Below, piece after piece: positions 56,155 through 64,000 of a DNA stretch of 64,000 nucleotides. The stretch's first letter is position 1, and the number at the start of each line of letters is the position of its first letter. Source of the DNA: a virus. Taxonomy: Duplodnaviria > Caudoviricetes. The notes beneath the pieces are model-generated. The model saw only the letters and a list, made by a program, of their open reading frames with translations. It made no database searches and was not told the DNA's origin. The position numbers were made by a program, and so were the translations under genes. Where the stretch lies: IMG/VR virus record IMGVR_UViG_3300028593_000003; one strand, given 5' to 3'.

Positions 56155-57572
56155 TATTTCTCTCCTCCGTGGAGCTTCAATATATATTTATCAATTTCCT
56201 CTTGGTCTTGAACATTGTTATCTATGGCCCATTCCGTGGCTTTCTTGATAATCTTACCTACTTGAGGGCCGGGTGATAGACCCGTCAGCTCCATTACCCT
56301 GTGACCGTCCACAACCTTCATAATGTGATTGACCATCTTCTGGCCCCATTTCTTCTTTATCTCCACGGCAAGATCGACAATCTTCTCAAAATCATCCCTC
56401 GCCATAAATTTCTCTCCACGGGAAAATTCATCTGCTCTGGCTACCGCAACCAGTACATCCCAGTTTTCATCCCCAACCAGTTTGGCAATCTTACTTGGTT
56501 TCATACCGATGATTTTCTGGAACTTCATATGGTTCGCCACGGAGAAGAGGATGGCATCTCTTTCCTTGTTACTCAATCTCAATCTGTCTGCTATATCGTT
56601 TACCAGTTTGACGCCTTCTTCAGCGTGCTGATAGTATATCGGGCCTCTCTCATTATAGTCAAGAGTAACACCTTTACCTACATCGTGGAGAAGGATTGAA
56701 AGATTGATAAGTGGGTCTTTACTCCTGCTGTTTTCCAGAGCGGAAAGAATGTGTTCCCACACATCACCCTCCGGATGAAATTCCTTGACGTGCGGCATAC
56801 CTTTCAGTTTGGCTATCTCCGGTAGAATGATTTCCAGTATTCCCATCTCATCGAGATAGGTGAGATATTTGGCAAACTTATCCCCACCGGAACTGGCTGC
56901 CTTGAAGATTTCCTCTTTTATTCTTTCGGCTGCAAGACCCTTTACCTTGTCTGCCAATTCCGTGGCCGCCTGTTTCGTTTTCGGGTCTATGGCAAACCCA
57001 AGGCGGGAGGCAAATCTTGCCGTCCTCATAATCCTCAAATAGTCCTCACCAAATCTATCGTGAGGATTTCCCACCGTCCTGATGACCTTGTTTTTTATGT
57101 CCTTCATCCCGTCGAAATAGTCGATGATGTTTCCCTCTGCATCAACAGCCATTGCGTTGATGGTGAAATCCCTTCGGGCGGCATCCGCCTCAAAGGAACC
57201 CACAATCTTCACGGTGTCGGGCCTTCTCCCATCCTTATATGTTCCATCCTCACGGAACTGAGCAACCTCATAACTGAAACCGCCTTCCCTGACCACGACC
57301 AGACCGAACTCCTTCGATTTACCGATATCATATACTTTCCAGATTTTGGAAAGTTCTTCCATCGGCATATTCGTGGCAATGTCAATGTCCTTTGGTTTGT
57401 CACCGAGAACAATATCCCTGACAGCCCCGCCAGTAATATAGGCCGAATATCCCCTTGATGTTATCTTTTTCAGAACAGAAACGGCACCACGAAGAATAGG
57501 TTCGGAATTATAATATTCCTTCCATTTTTCAAGTTGCTCGGCTTCAAGTAATAATCTTTTATGTAAATTCAT
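56154..57572 (-). CDS. cca: CCA tRNA nucleotidyltransferase with HD domain
   Basis: GGAVRD, KDIDIAT, RRDFTINAM, EDYLR, ERI..E; HD: HPEGDVWEH, LLHDVGK. Confidence 0.92.
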   Translation of the reverse strand: MNLHKRLLLEAEQLEKWKEYYNSEPILRGAVSVLKKITSRGYSAYITGGAVRDIVLGDKPKDIDIATNMPMEELSKIWKVYDIGKSKEFGLVVVREGGFSYEVAQFREDGTYKDGRRPDTVKIVGSFEADAARRDFTINAMAVDAEGNIIDYFDGMKDIKNKVIRTVGNPHDRFGEDYLRIMRTARFASRLGFAIDPKTKQAATELADKVKGLAAERIKEEIFKAASSGGDKFAKYLTYLDEMGILEIILPEIAKLKGMPHVKEFHPEGDVWEHILSALENSRSKDPLINLSILLHDVGKGVTLDYNERGPIYYQHAEEGVKLVNDIADRLRLSNKERDAILFSVANHMKFQKIIGMKPSKIAKLVGDENWDVLVAVARADEFSRGEKFMARDDFEKIVDLAVEIKKKWGQKMVNHIMKVVDGHRVMELTGLSPGPQVGKIIKKATEWAIDNNVQDQEEIDKYILKLHGGEK

Positions 57573-58097
57573 TTATTCCCCAATATTCAGCCCTGCGGCT
57601 TCTGCATCATTTTCGGAGCCATAGTGGTAATAATCCCTTTTGACATCTTCTATCCAACTATTATAATTACTGATATATTTTTTGAGCCATTCTGGTGATA
57701 ACTCAAAACTGTATTCAGACCAAAAATGTCCTTCACCTGGCGCAGTTATTTCCATCTTACCACTATTGTCTGATGTAATAAAGCCTGTAACATACTCCCT
57801 TGGTTCACCTTCCGGTGGATATAAAACAACTGGTTTCATATAACCCTTTTTGGCTAACCATCTTATCATATCAAGATGTATTTCTGCTCTGATTGGCCAT
57901 ACTATCAGTTTTTGTTCCTTTGGAGCAACAATAAATCTGAACCTCTTTACACCGGATGTTTTTACAAGGTTTTTCATTTCCATTGGTGTTGGATTGACAT
58001 ATATTTCACGATATTGTTCACCTATCCTGAAACCGATATCACCTCTACCAGAGAAGGTCGCTAAATATTTTTCCTTCAAATATTTCTTCAGCCTCAT
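57573..58097 (-). CDS. Paralog array member 5 (unknown function)
   Basis: MRLKKYLKE...IYVNP...FRFI...W....IH...WLKKY. Confidence 0.7.
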   Translation of the reverse strand: MRLKKYLKEKYLATFSGRGDIGFRIGEQYREIYVNPTPMEMKNLVKTSGVKRFRFIVAPKEQKLIVWPIRAEIHLDMIRWLAKKGYMKPVVLYPPEGEPREYVTGFITSDNSGKMEITAPGEGHFWSEYSFELSPEWLKKYISNYNSWIEDVKRDYYHYGSENDAEAAGLNIGE

Positions 58098-58501
58098 CAA
58101 AACATCCTCGCATCTTCCCTATTGGAAAAATACTTGTCGAGCCACGCCCAACTGTCATCCAATTTCTTATCACCAAAAGTATCAGTAATTACCATCTTCG
58201 ACCCACGCACTTCACACGAACCAACCATCAGCGTGCCAGCGAGATATCTTTCAGTAATTGGAATGAGGCCCTTCTTTATCAAATGCTTCAACATAAAAGA
58301 GTGAATTTCAACTTCCTCATCCCATACATAGAGATTTTTCTTATTTGGATCAGCAATAAATCTCATCCCGTTCAATTTGAATTGTTGCATATCCCGAGCA
58401 TCCGGATTTACATAGATCGCCAATCTTTCATCCTCAAAGGTCTCTCCGGCGGGTAAATATGATCCGATATATTTTTCCTTCAGATATTTCTTGAGCCTCA
58501 T
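58097..58501 (-). CDS. Paralog array member 4
   Basis: MRLKKYLKE...IYVNP...RFIA...W...IH...WLDKYFSN. Confidence 0.7.
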   Translation of the reverse strand: MRLKKYLKEKYIGSYLPAGETFEDERLAIYVNPDARDMQQFKLNGMRFIADPNKKNLYVWDEEVEIHSFMLKHLIKKGLIPITERYLAGTLMVGSCEVRGSKMVITDTFGDKKLDDSWAWLDKYFSNREDARMF

Positions 58502-58995
58502 CCCTTTTCACCCCACTTGTGGTGAGTTCTCATCAATTCACCCGTATTACCAATATAGGCCATCACCCTGTCCATATTACTGAAATACTTTTCGACCCAC
58601 TCCCATCCATCCGTTTGAATATGCTCAAAGTCTCTCATATTGTAACCAAGACCCCATTCAAATTTCATCTTGTCTCCGTCCGGTGAAGCAAATCCTGAAA
58701 ATAAACTTTCCGGAAACCTTCCCCACTCATCTGCTGGAATTTTATCAATACTCTGAAGATACTCAAGGACGCAGGAATGAATACCCTCATCCTCCGATGC
58801 CCATATGAACATCTTTTTATTCGGTGAAAATGCTATAAACTTTATCGTGGCCTCCGGAAACTGCTGTGACCTTGTATAAACATCGGGCATTTTTCTTATC
58901 TCTTCCGGTGTTGGATTTTCATAGATGCGTGCTTTCGCACCGGCATACTTATAAAGACCCATATATTCCTCTTTCAGGTATCTCTTCAGCCTCAT
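58498..58995 (-). CDS. Paralog array member 3
   Basis: Start MRLKRYLKEE (ATGA overlap); IYENP...KFIA...W...IH...WVEKYFSN. Confidence 0.7.
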   Translation of the reverse strand: MRLKRYLKEEYMGLYKYAGAKARIYENPTPEEIRKMPDVYTRSQQFPEATIKFIAFSPNKKMFIWASEDEGIHSCVLEYLQSIDKIPADEWGRFPESLFSGFASPDGDKMKFEWGLGYNMRDFEHIQTDGWEWVEKYFSNMDRVMAYIGNTGELMRTHHKWGEKG

Positions 58996-59726
58996 CCAGC
59001 TATAGCCTCCAATTCCCGTATCCACTCTTTCGGAATATTCCAAGTTCTGATAACCCTGATAAATGCCGGATCGTTTTCAATCTGTTTTTTCAGCTTCCAT
59101 CTGTAAAACTTGAGATAATTCTCCATAACCTCAATTACATCGCCGTATTTCTTGACTTCCCTTGTATTACTGATAATCTTGAGTTTACCCTTTGTCTCAT
59201 TGATCAAACTTCCTACGGAAAGCAACCAGTAATAATCGACAATGACAATAACCTCACCCTTGGCTCCATCCGGAATTTTATTTGAGACCTTGTATCCCCC
59301 GACAACCTGATTTATCTTATCATCGTCTACAGACTTCCATAGATTGTCATTCCTCTTGACTTGTGCCAAATCCCATATTTCCGGATTATAAAATGTAGTA
59401 AACGGGCCGATAGGAATAAAAACATACGGTGTACCAAAAAAGGCGGAATGGGGGAGGTCTGTAGTCGTAAAGACAGGAGAGCCGGGCAAATCCAGCTTCT
59501 CTATGACCCTTTCTGCACTCGGAAGGAAACTACCACGGAAACCCTCCCTGTCAGATTTTACCTTTACCATCCAACCGGAACCGTGAAAATCTGATCTCTT
59601 TGACCATCCCTTCCATAAAACTGGATCACTCCTGTCCATCTTCTTGAGAAGATCAAGAACTTCATCAAAATTCCATTCATCCCTTCTGGACACCACACCT
59701 TCATTTATAAATCCCGATAGTCTCAT
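58992..59726 (-). CDS. Hypothetical protein with CTS-like N-terminus
   Basis: MRLSGFINE; unrelated to the flanking paralogs. Confidence 0.65.
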   Translation of the reverse strand: MRLSGFINEGVVSRRDEWNFDEVLDLLKKMDRSDPVLWKGWSKRSDFHGSGWMVKVKSDREGFRGSFLPSAERVIEKLDLPGSPVFTTTDLPHSAFFGTPYVFIPIGPFTTFYNPEIWDLAQVKRNDNLWKSVDDDKINQVVGGYKVSNKIPDGAKGEVIVIVDYYWLLSVGSLINETKGKLKIISNTREVKKYGDVIEVMENYLKFYRWKLKKQIENDPAFIRVIRTWNIPKEWIRELEAIAG

Positions 59727-60176
59727 TTATGTTCTCGCCGCTTGTAAATTCGACCTGATATAGCTATATACTTTACCCATATTCAGGAAATACTTCGAAA
59801 GCCAACTCCAATCATATTCACCAAAAACACTATACCCTCTTGTAAACTTCATCTGGCCGCTCTCAGGTATTGCGTATCCGGCAAAAACACCATCGGCCTC
59901 AAGAGACCACGCATCACGAATTTTCCTTTTTGTGTGAAGATAGTCCAAAACATAATCGTGGATACCGCCATCACTTCTCCACATAAAAAGCTGCTCAGTT
60001 GGGGCATAGGCAATAAATCTTATTGTTTCATCCGGATTGATGTGTTTTTCGGATTTTTGAAAAGTGGGCATAAATCGTATCTCATTAGCATTCGGGTTCT
60101 CATATATTTCGGTATGTTCTCCCGCATACTTGTATATACCGATATATTCCTCTTGGAGATACTTTTTCAGCCTCAT
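59727..60176 (-). CDS. Paralog array member 2
   Basis: MRLKKYLQEE...IYENP...RFIA...W...IH...WLSKYFLN. Confidence 0.7.
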   Translation of the reverse strand: MRLKKYLQEEYIGIYKYAGEHTEIYENPNANEIRFMPTFQKSEKHINPDETIRFIAYAPTEQLFMWRSDGGIHDYVLDYLHTKRKIRDAWSLEADGVFAGYAIPESGQMKFTRGYSVFGEYDWSWLSKYFLNMGKVYSYIRSNLQAART

Positions 60177-60637
60177 TTTCTCCCATCCTTTTCAATATAA
60201 TTCATCAGCTGAGGCATATTGACAAAATACTTGTCAAGCCAATCCCATATGCCCTTGGAAATATCGTATCCCCGTGTGCCAAGACCGTATCCCCTTTCGA
60301 ACTTCATCTTGTTCCCTTGTGGGGAGGCATATCCGGAGACAATATCAGCGGGTTCCCGTCCATATACATCCGTGGGTATTTTCTTTTTCAGTTGAAGCCA
60401 TTCAAGAACGTGGTAGTGGACACCACCATCGGAGGCCCATATAAACAGTTTTTGTTTTGAGCCGAGGGCGAGAAATCTTATAGAGCAATCCATAAGCTCC
60501 GGATGCTTGGGTTCATTGTATATGGTGGGCATAAACCGGATTTCATTGGGGTTGGGGTTTTCATATACCTCTGTAGCTAACCCACCATACTTATACATAC
60601 CTATAAATTCTTCTTTGAGATATCGTTTCAGCCTCAT
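60173..60637 (-). CDS. Paralog array member 1
   Basis: MRLKRYLKEE...VYENP...RFLA...W...VH...WLDKYFVN. Confidence 0.7.
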   Translation of the reverse strand: MRLKRYLKEEFIGMYKYGGLATEVYENPNPNEIRFMPTIYNEPKHPELMDCSIRFLALGSKQKLFIWASDGGVHYHVLEWLQLKKKIPTDVYGREPADIVSGYASPQGNKMKFERGYGLGTRGYDISKGIWDWLDKYFVNMPQLMNYIEKDGRK

Positions 60638-60918
60638 CAGTAACCGTCCGGATCGTCCTCTACTTCATCGTAAATCATATCCCTCAAGGCCATACGAACA
60701 TCGGCCGAGTTTGCGTGTTCATAAGCAGACCCGTAATACCCAACTTCCATATCCCTTCTGGGCAATCCGAGCTGTTTTCTTGCGCCGTGAACCAGTTTAA
60801 CCAGTTTATCATCGAGGGCCTGGGCCATTTTCTCAAAAGCCTCTTGGATATCGGCTGCATAATCATCTATCATTCTATCTGTAATCTCTCGTCTTTTTGG
60901 CATATACCTTCTCCTCAA
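60637..60918 (-). CDS. Hypothetical protein, paralog of 60915..61202
   Basis: ITDRM.D..AA.IQ...VH.ARK.LGL...ANS.DVR..LR.MIYDEVED. Confidence 0.7.
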   Translation of the reverse strand: MRRRYMPKRREITDRMIDDYAADIQEAFEKMAQALDDKLVKLVHGARKQLGLPRRDMEVGYYGSAYEHANSADVRMALRDMIYDEVEDDPDGY

Positions 60919-61202
60919 TATTCCTCATCTTCTACTTCATCATAGATCATACTTCTCAATTCCTGTCTTACATCCTGAGAATTGGCCAGTTCCCACAGGG
61001 AGCCGGAATAGTCCATTTCCAGATACGGCATTCTCTTCAGACCGAGTTCCTTTCTGGCCTTGTGAACCATTGATACTATCTTCGTATCTATTTTCTTCGC
61101 TTCCTTCTCATAAAAGTCTTGGATACCTGCGGCAAGCCTGTCCACCATTCTATCCGTGATCTGTTTTCTGGCTTCATCGAGCCGTTTTTCGAGTTTTGAC
61201 AT
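60915..61202 (-). CDS. Hypothetical protein
   Basis: RBS GGAGG; MSKLEKRLDE; paralog of the previous gene. Confidence 0.7.
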   Translation of the reverse strand: MSKLEKRLDEARKQITDRMVDRLAAGIQDFYEKEAKKIDTKIVSMVHKARKELGLKRMPYLEMDYSGSLWELANSQDVRQELRSMIYDEVEDEEY

Positions 61203-61363
61203 AGTTTTCCTCCGAAAATATCACTTTCTCCATCAAAAAAATCCTGCATCTTTACAAACAAAAAAATATGTGATAAAATACAAATTACTTGTGAGGTCGT
61301 GGAATATATAAATTTTATAAATTACAAGTTTTATTATCAAAATTATTTATGGTTTTTATGCAG

Positions 61364-61401
61364 AAAAAAAGGGTTATTACAGTAAAATCAATAACCCCTT
61401 T
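61364..61401. terminator. Rho-independent terminator after the JAB gene (possibly bidirectional)
   Basis: AAGGGTTATT...AATAACCCCTT stem with a U7 tail on the minus strand. Confidence 0.7.
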
Positions 61402-61428
61402 CTTGTTTCAATTGAAATTTTTATAAAA

Positions 61429-62259
61429 TTATATAGTAAAATTGTCTTTTTCACTATTTTCAGTAAATTCTTTTATCAATTCCTCTTCCAGAGAAAGTTC
61501 CTTATCCTGACTATCAAATAATTGAGGTGATTTCTTTTCAGGTTCTCTATTGACATATCCATAGCCATCAAAGAAATCCCCACCACAATATCTGTCATAC
61601 CAGTTATCTCTGGATGAAGTATACGGTGTAACAATTTTCCTGTCCCTGATATTCTCTTCTGCGGACTTGATAAAGGTTTCCTCATCAAAGTCAAGATTAT
61701 AGCTCACCTTTGGTTTGGCCTCCATAATCTTCTTGGCGCCACAGGGAACATTCACCCTGACCTGAACCTTCATACTGGTATGGCTGACAAGGATGGAGAT
61801 ATCGTGGTTCTGATTGATCCACTTGTCATCGGTTCCGGAAAATCCACAACCCATATTATGGTGTGAATGAATGACACCGAGGACTTTCATTCCGTTTTCC
61901 AGCTTGGGGAACTGAATGTCATCAACGCTGGCAGATGTTGCTGTCTGGACAGGAATAACCATATCAACGATGTGAAACGGTTTCTCCGGTGAACCAACCA
62001 GATAACCAAGCCATTCTCTGCTTGTGTACTTTTTCATCAGGGCGTCGATCTTAGCCATCACAATAGGGGTAAGATATACAGTTATATCCTTTGGGGCCTT
62101 ACTGCACTCCGTGATGCACTCCACCTTTGTCTCCCACTCGTCCGGTTCCGAAGGAGTGACAACTACGGAGGGTGAAGATTTCCACGGAGACCCCACCAAA
62201 TCTTGAGCCACCCACCTACCCCCTATAAACTTTTTTATAATCATTTTTATCTTCTCCAT
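61429..62259 (-). CDS. JAB/MPN (Mov34) metallopeptidase
   Basis: EWLGYL, IHSHHNMGCGFSGTDD (E...HxH...S..D). Confidence 0.88.
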   Translation of the reverse strand: MEKIKMIIKKFIGGRWVAQDLVGSPWKSSPSVVVTPSEPDEWETKVECITECSKAPKDITVYLTPIVMAKIDALMKKYTSREWLGYLVGSPEKPFHIVDMVIPVQTATSASVDDIQFPKLENGMKVLGVIHSHHNMGCGFSGTDDKWINQNHDISILVSHTSMKVQVRVNVPCGAKKIMEAKPKVSYNLDFDEETFIKSAEENIRDRKIVTPYTSSRDNWYDRYCGGDFFDGYGYVNREPEKKSPQLFDSQDKELSLEEELIKEFTENSEKDNFTI

Positions 62260-62837
62260 TGAAATAATCTCTGTATATTCGATGACATTTCACTATCATA
62301 ATATTTCATAATTTTTGCGACAGCCAAGGCGGCCACAATTGTAGCCGGAACAACCCAAGACGGAACAACGGTGTAACCATCCTCCGCCTCCCCCCATTCA
62401 GCCACGGCATTGTGTATGCTCATATTCATACCGTCATACCCCACCTTCATATACCGCGCACCAAATTTATGGGCTATCTTTTCGTTTGCCTGTTGTGAGC
62501 AAAGCTTATCGGTACAATCGACAACCCAATCGGATTGAGGAAATGTGTGATCCTGTAAAATAAACGGGAAGGCCAAAACCGTGGCGCTGGGTCTGATACG
62601 GTTGATGATAGACTTCGTGACCTGAGCCTTGTTTATACCGAGATATTCAATCGAAATGTCAATCCTGTTCAAATTATGCTCTTCAAAGGCATCAGGATCA
62701 AAAAGATATATCCTCTCTATACCGGACATTGCGGCAAATTTTGCCACCCAGTATCCGATACCCCCACAACCAACTACAGTTATAGATTGCTTCGTAGAAA
62801 GGTTGAGAGTGCTCTGGCGGGTATATAAATTATCCAT
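62247..62837 (-). CDS. ThiF/E1-like adenylyltransferase
   Basis: YTRQ, VVGCGGIG, FDPD.FEEHNLNR, K, DCTD. Confidence 0.9.
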   Translation of the reverse strand: MDNLYTRQSTLNLSTKQSITVVGCGGIGYWVAKFAAMSGIERIYLFDPDAFEEHNLNRIDISIEYLGINKAQVTKSIINRIRPSATVLAFPFILQDHTFPQSDWVVDCTDKLCSQQANEKIAHKFGARYMKVGYDGMNMSIHNAVAEWGEAEDGYTVVPSWVVPATIVAALAVAKIMKYYDSEMSSNIQRLFQWRR

Positions 62838-62866
62838 ACACAATCCTTTCACAAATTTATTGGTAT

Positions 62867-62895
62867 ATTATACCATATTTTCGATAGGTGGTAAA
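62867..62895 (-). promoter_or_regulatory. Early-type sigma70 promoter for the E1-JAB operon
   Basis: TTTACC-N17-TATAAT with TGG before the -10, same style as the 45.8-kb promoters. Confidence 0.7.
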
Positions 62896-62898
62896 TAG

Positions 62899-62941
62899 AA
62901 AAACAGGATAGAGCCGTAGTGCTATCAGACCCTATCCTGTT
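62899..62941 (-). terminator. Rho-independent terminator after HNH
   Basis: ACAGGATAG...CTATCCTGT followed by TTTT on the minus strand. Confidence 0.7.
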
Positions 62942-62944
62942 ATG

Positions 62945-63466
62945 TTACCAGCCCAACTCCTTCAAGGCATCTTCCATACCAAGACGCCTGATCTGCATCT
63001 TGATAAATTCCATAATGGTTGGCTCATAAGCCCTGTACCTTGGAAACATACTTGCCTGTGAAGGAAGCCTGTTATCCTTCTTCTGATTACAAGGAACGCA
63101 GGAAGTCACAACATTCTCAAATGTTGACTTACCACCTTTTGCTTTTGGAACAACGTGGTCGAGTGACATATGAGTTGTGCTCCTCTTGCCACAGTAGGCA
63201 CAAGTGTAATTGTCCCTCATAAGAACGTGCCTCTTGTTGAAAGGAACCTTTGTCTTGAAGAGGGTTCTGATAAACTTGATCAAACGAAGGATTTTAGGCA
63301 ACAAGAACTTCACGGTCTTTTCCGTATTATGGATCAAGATGCTGGTTGCCTTGACAACCTCAACCTTACCCTTCGCCATCAGTTTTACAGCCTTCTTACC
63401 ACCGATTACACCCAATGGAGTGTAGTCAGCGTTCAACAAAAGAACTCTCGCTGTTTCCAACCTCAT
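62945..63466 (-). CDS. HNH endonuclease (McrA-like)
   Basis: LLLNADYTPL; RDNYTCAYCG, DHVVPK..GG, NVVTSCVPCN..K. Confidence 0.93.
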   Translation of the reverse strand: MRLETARVLLLNADYTPLGVIGGKKAVKLMAKGKVEVVKATSILIHNTEKTVKFLLPKILRLIKFIRTLFKTKVPFNKRHVLMRDNYTCAYCGKRSTTHMSLDHVVPKAKGGKSTFENVVTSCVPCNQKKDNRLPSQASMFPRYRAYEPTIMEFIKMQIRRLGMEDALKELGW

Positions 63467-63471
63467 ACAAA

Positions 63472-63732
63472 TCACTCCTTTCTGAATTGATCAGGAATTT
63501 CCAGTTTTCCTCTTTTCAATTTCTTGATATTATCGTTGTCCTCTCTTATCAATCTCATATATTTTTGATATTCGAGAACTATGTCTGCTCTTTTCGCAAC
63601 CTTTTCGTTATTTTCACCGTACCTGATTTCTTCTACACCCTTCTCACAAAACATACATAGTTTTGTTTTCTCTTCCACCTTGGCTACAAATCCAGGCGGG
63701 TAAAATTTTCTGCATTTATCACACAATGGCAT
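63472..63732 (-). CDS. Hypothetical Zn-finger protein
   Basis: CDKC...CMFC. Confidence 0.6.
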   Translation of the reverse strand: MPLCDKCRKFYPPGFVAKVEEKTKLCMFCEKGVEEIRYGENNEKVAKRADIVLEYQKYMRLIREDNDNIKKLKRGKLEIPDQFRKE

Positions 63733-63734
63733 TT

Positions 63735-64000
63735 TTATTCCTCCACTTTTTCATTGTATCGGAGCCTCGCCAATTTTGTAAAAAAATCAACATCCGTATT
63801 ATTATCACAGGCCATTCTTGTGGCCCTTATGAACATAGCTGTAACATATTTTATGGCTTTCCACTTCAGATGATAATCCCGGCCCCCGATATATCTGAAT
63901 TCAATATACTTGTTTTTTCCCTTGAGATGCTGTAGATTTATCCCCATATAGTGATTTTCGCTGAAAACGGGCTTCACTTTATAATTTTCAACAATGAAAT
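63735..64000 (-). CDS. Putative amidoligase-family protein, C-terminal fragment
   Basis: Frame is open to the window edge; HYMGINL...YIEFRYIGG. Confidence 0.55.
   Translation of the reverse strand, partial: FIVENYKVKPVFSENHYMGINLQHLKGKNKYIEFRYIGGRDYHLKWKAIKYVTAMFIRATRMACDNNTDVDFFTKLARLRYNEKVEE

Noticed and set aside
57573-60637. Diversity-generating retroelement behind the paralog array
   Set aside because: No reverse transcriptase and no adenine-specific TR/VR pair visible in this window.
1-64000. Stop-codon reassignment, tRNA or rRNA genes
   Set aside because: Conserved genes are full length under code 11 and all three stops are used; intergenic gaps are short and no cloverleaf was recognised by eye.

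Overview
This is a 64-kb segment of a large T4-like (Tevenvirinae-type architecture) dsDNA bacteriophage genome, standard genetic code, mostly on the minus strand. Left to right: (1) a head module (gp22-like scaffold cut by the edge, gp21 protease, gp67-like core, gp20 portal) with many small genes, one of them interrupted by an intact IS607 (TnpA + TnpB); (2) a 1385-aa methyltransferase/glycosyltransferase/TibC-like heptosyltransferase gene; (3) a lysis cassette; (4) fibre/appendage genes with long Gly-(Ser/Thr)-Ser repeats; (5) gp2/gp4, a PAS protein, a RimK-protease fusion and ClpP; (6) a replication block (family B polymerase split by a GIY-YIG gene, DNA MTase, UDG, gp41 helicase, UvsY, UvsW); (7) a sugar-nucleotide/methyltransferase cluster; (8) about 15 genes including a CCA-adding enzyme, C39 peptidase, ART-like protein and a 5-member paralog array; (9) an E1(ThiF)+JAB operon and an HNH nuclease. 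Two candidate undescribed systems stand out. The first is a phage-encoded O-glycosylation system: a TibC/Aah-like transferase, its own sugar pathway, and Ser/Thr collagen-like fibre repeats as acceptors. The second is about 25 proteins sharing an N-terminal M-(K/R)-(L/F)-x-x-(Y/F)-(L/I)-x-E tag like the T4 capsid-targeting sequence, suggesting a large head-packaged, injected enzyme cargo. No tRNA, rRNA or CRISPR array was seen. All calls come from motif recognition by eye; no database searches were run.
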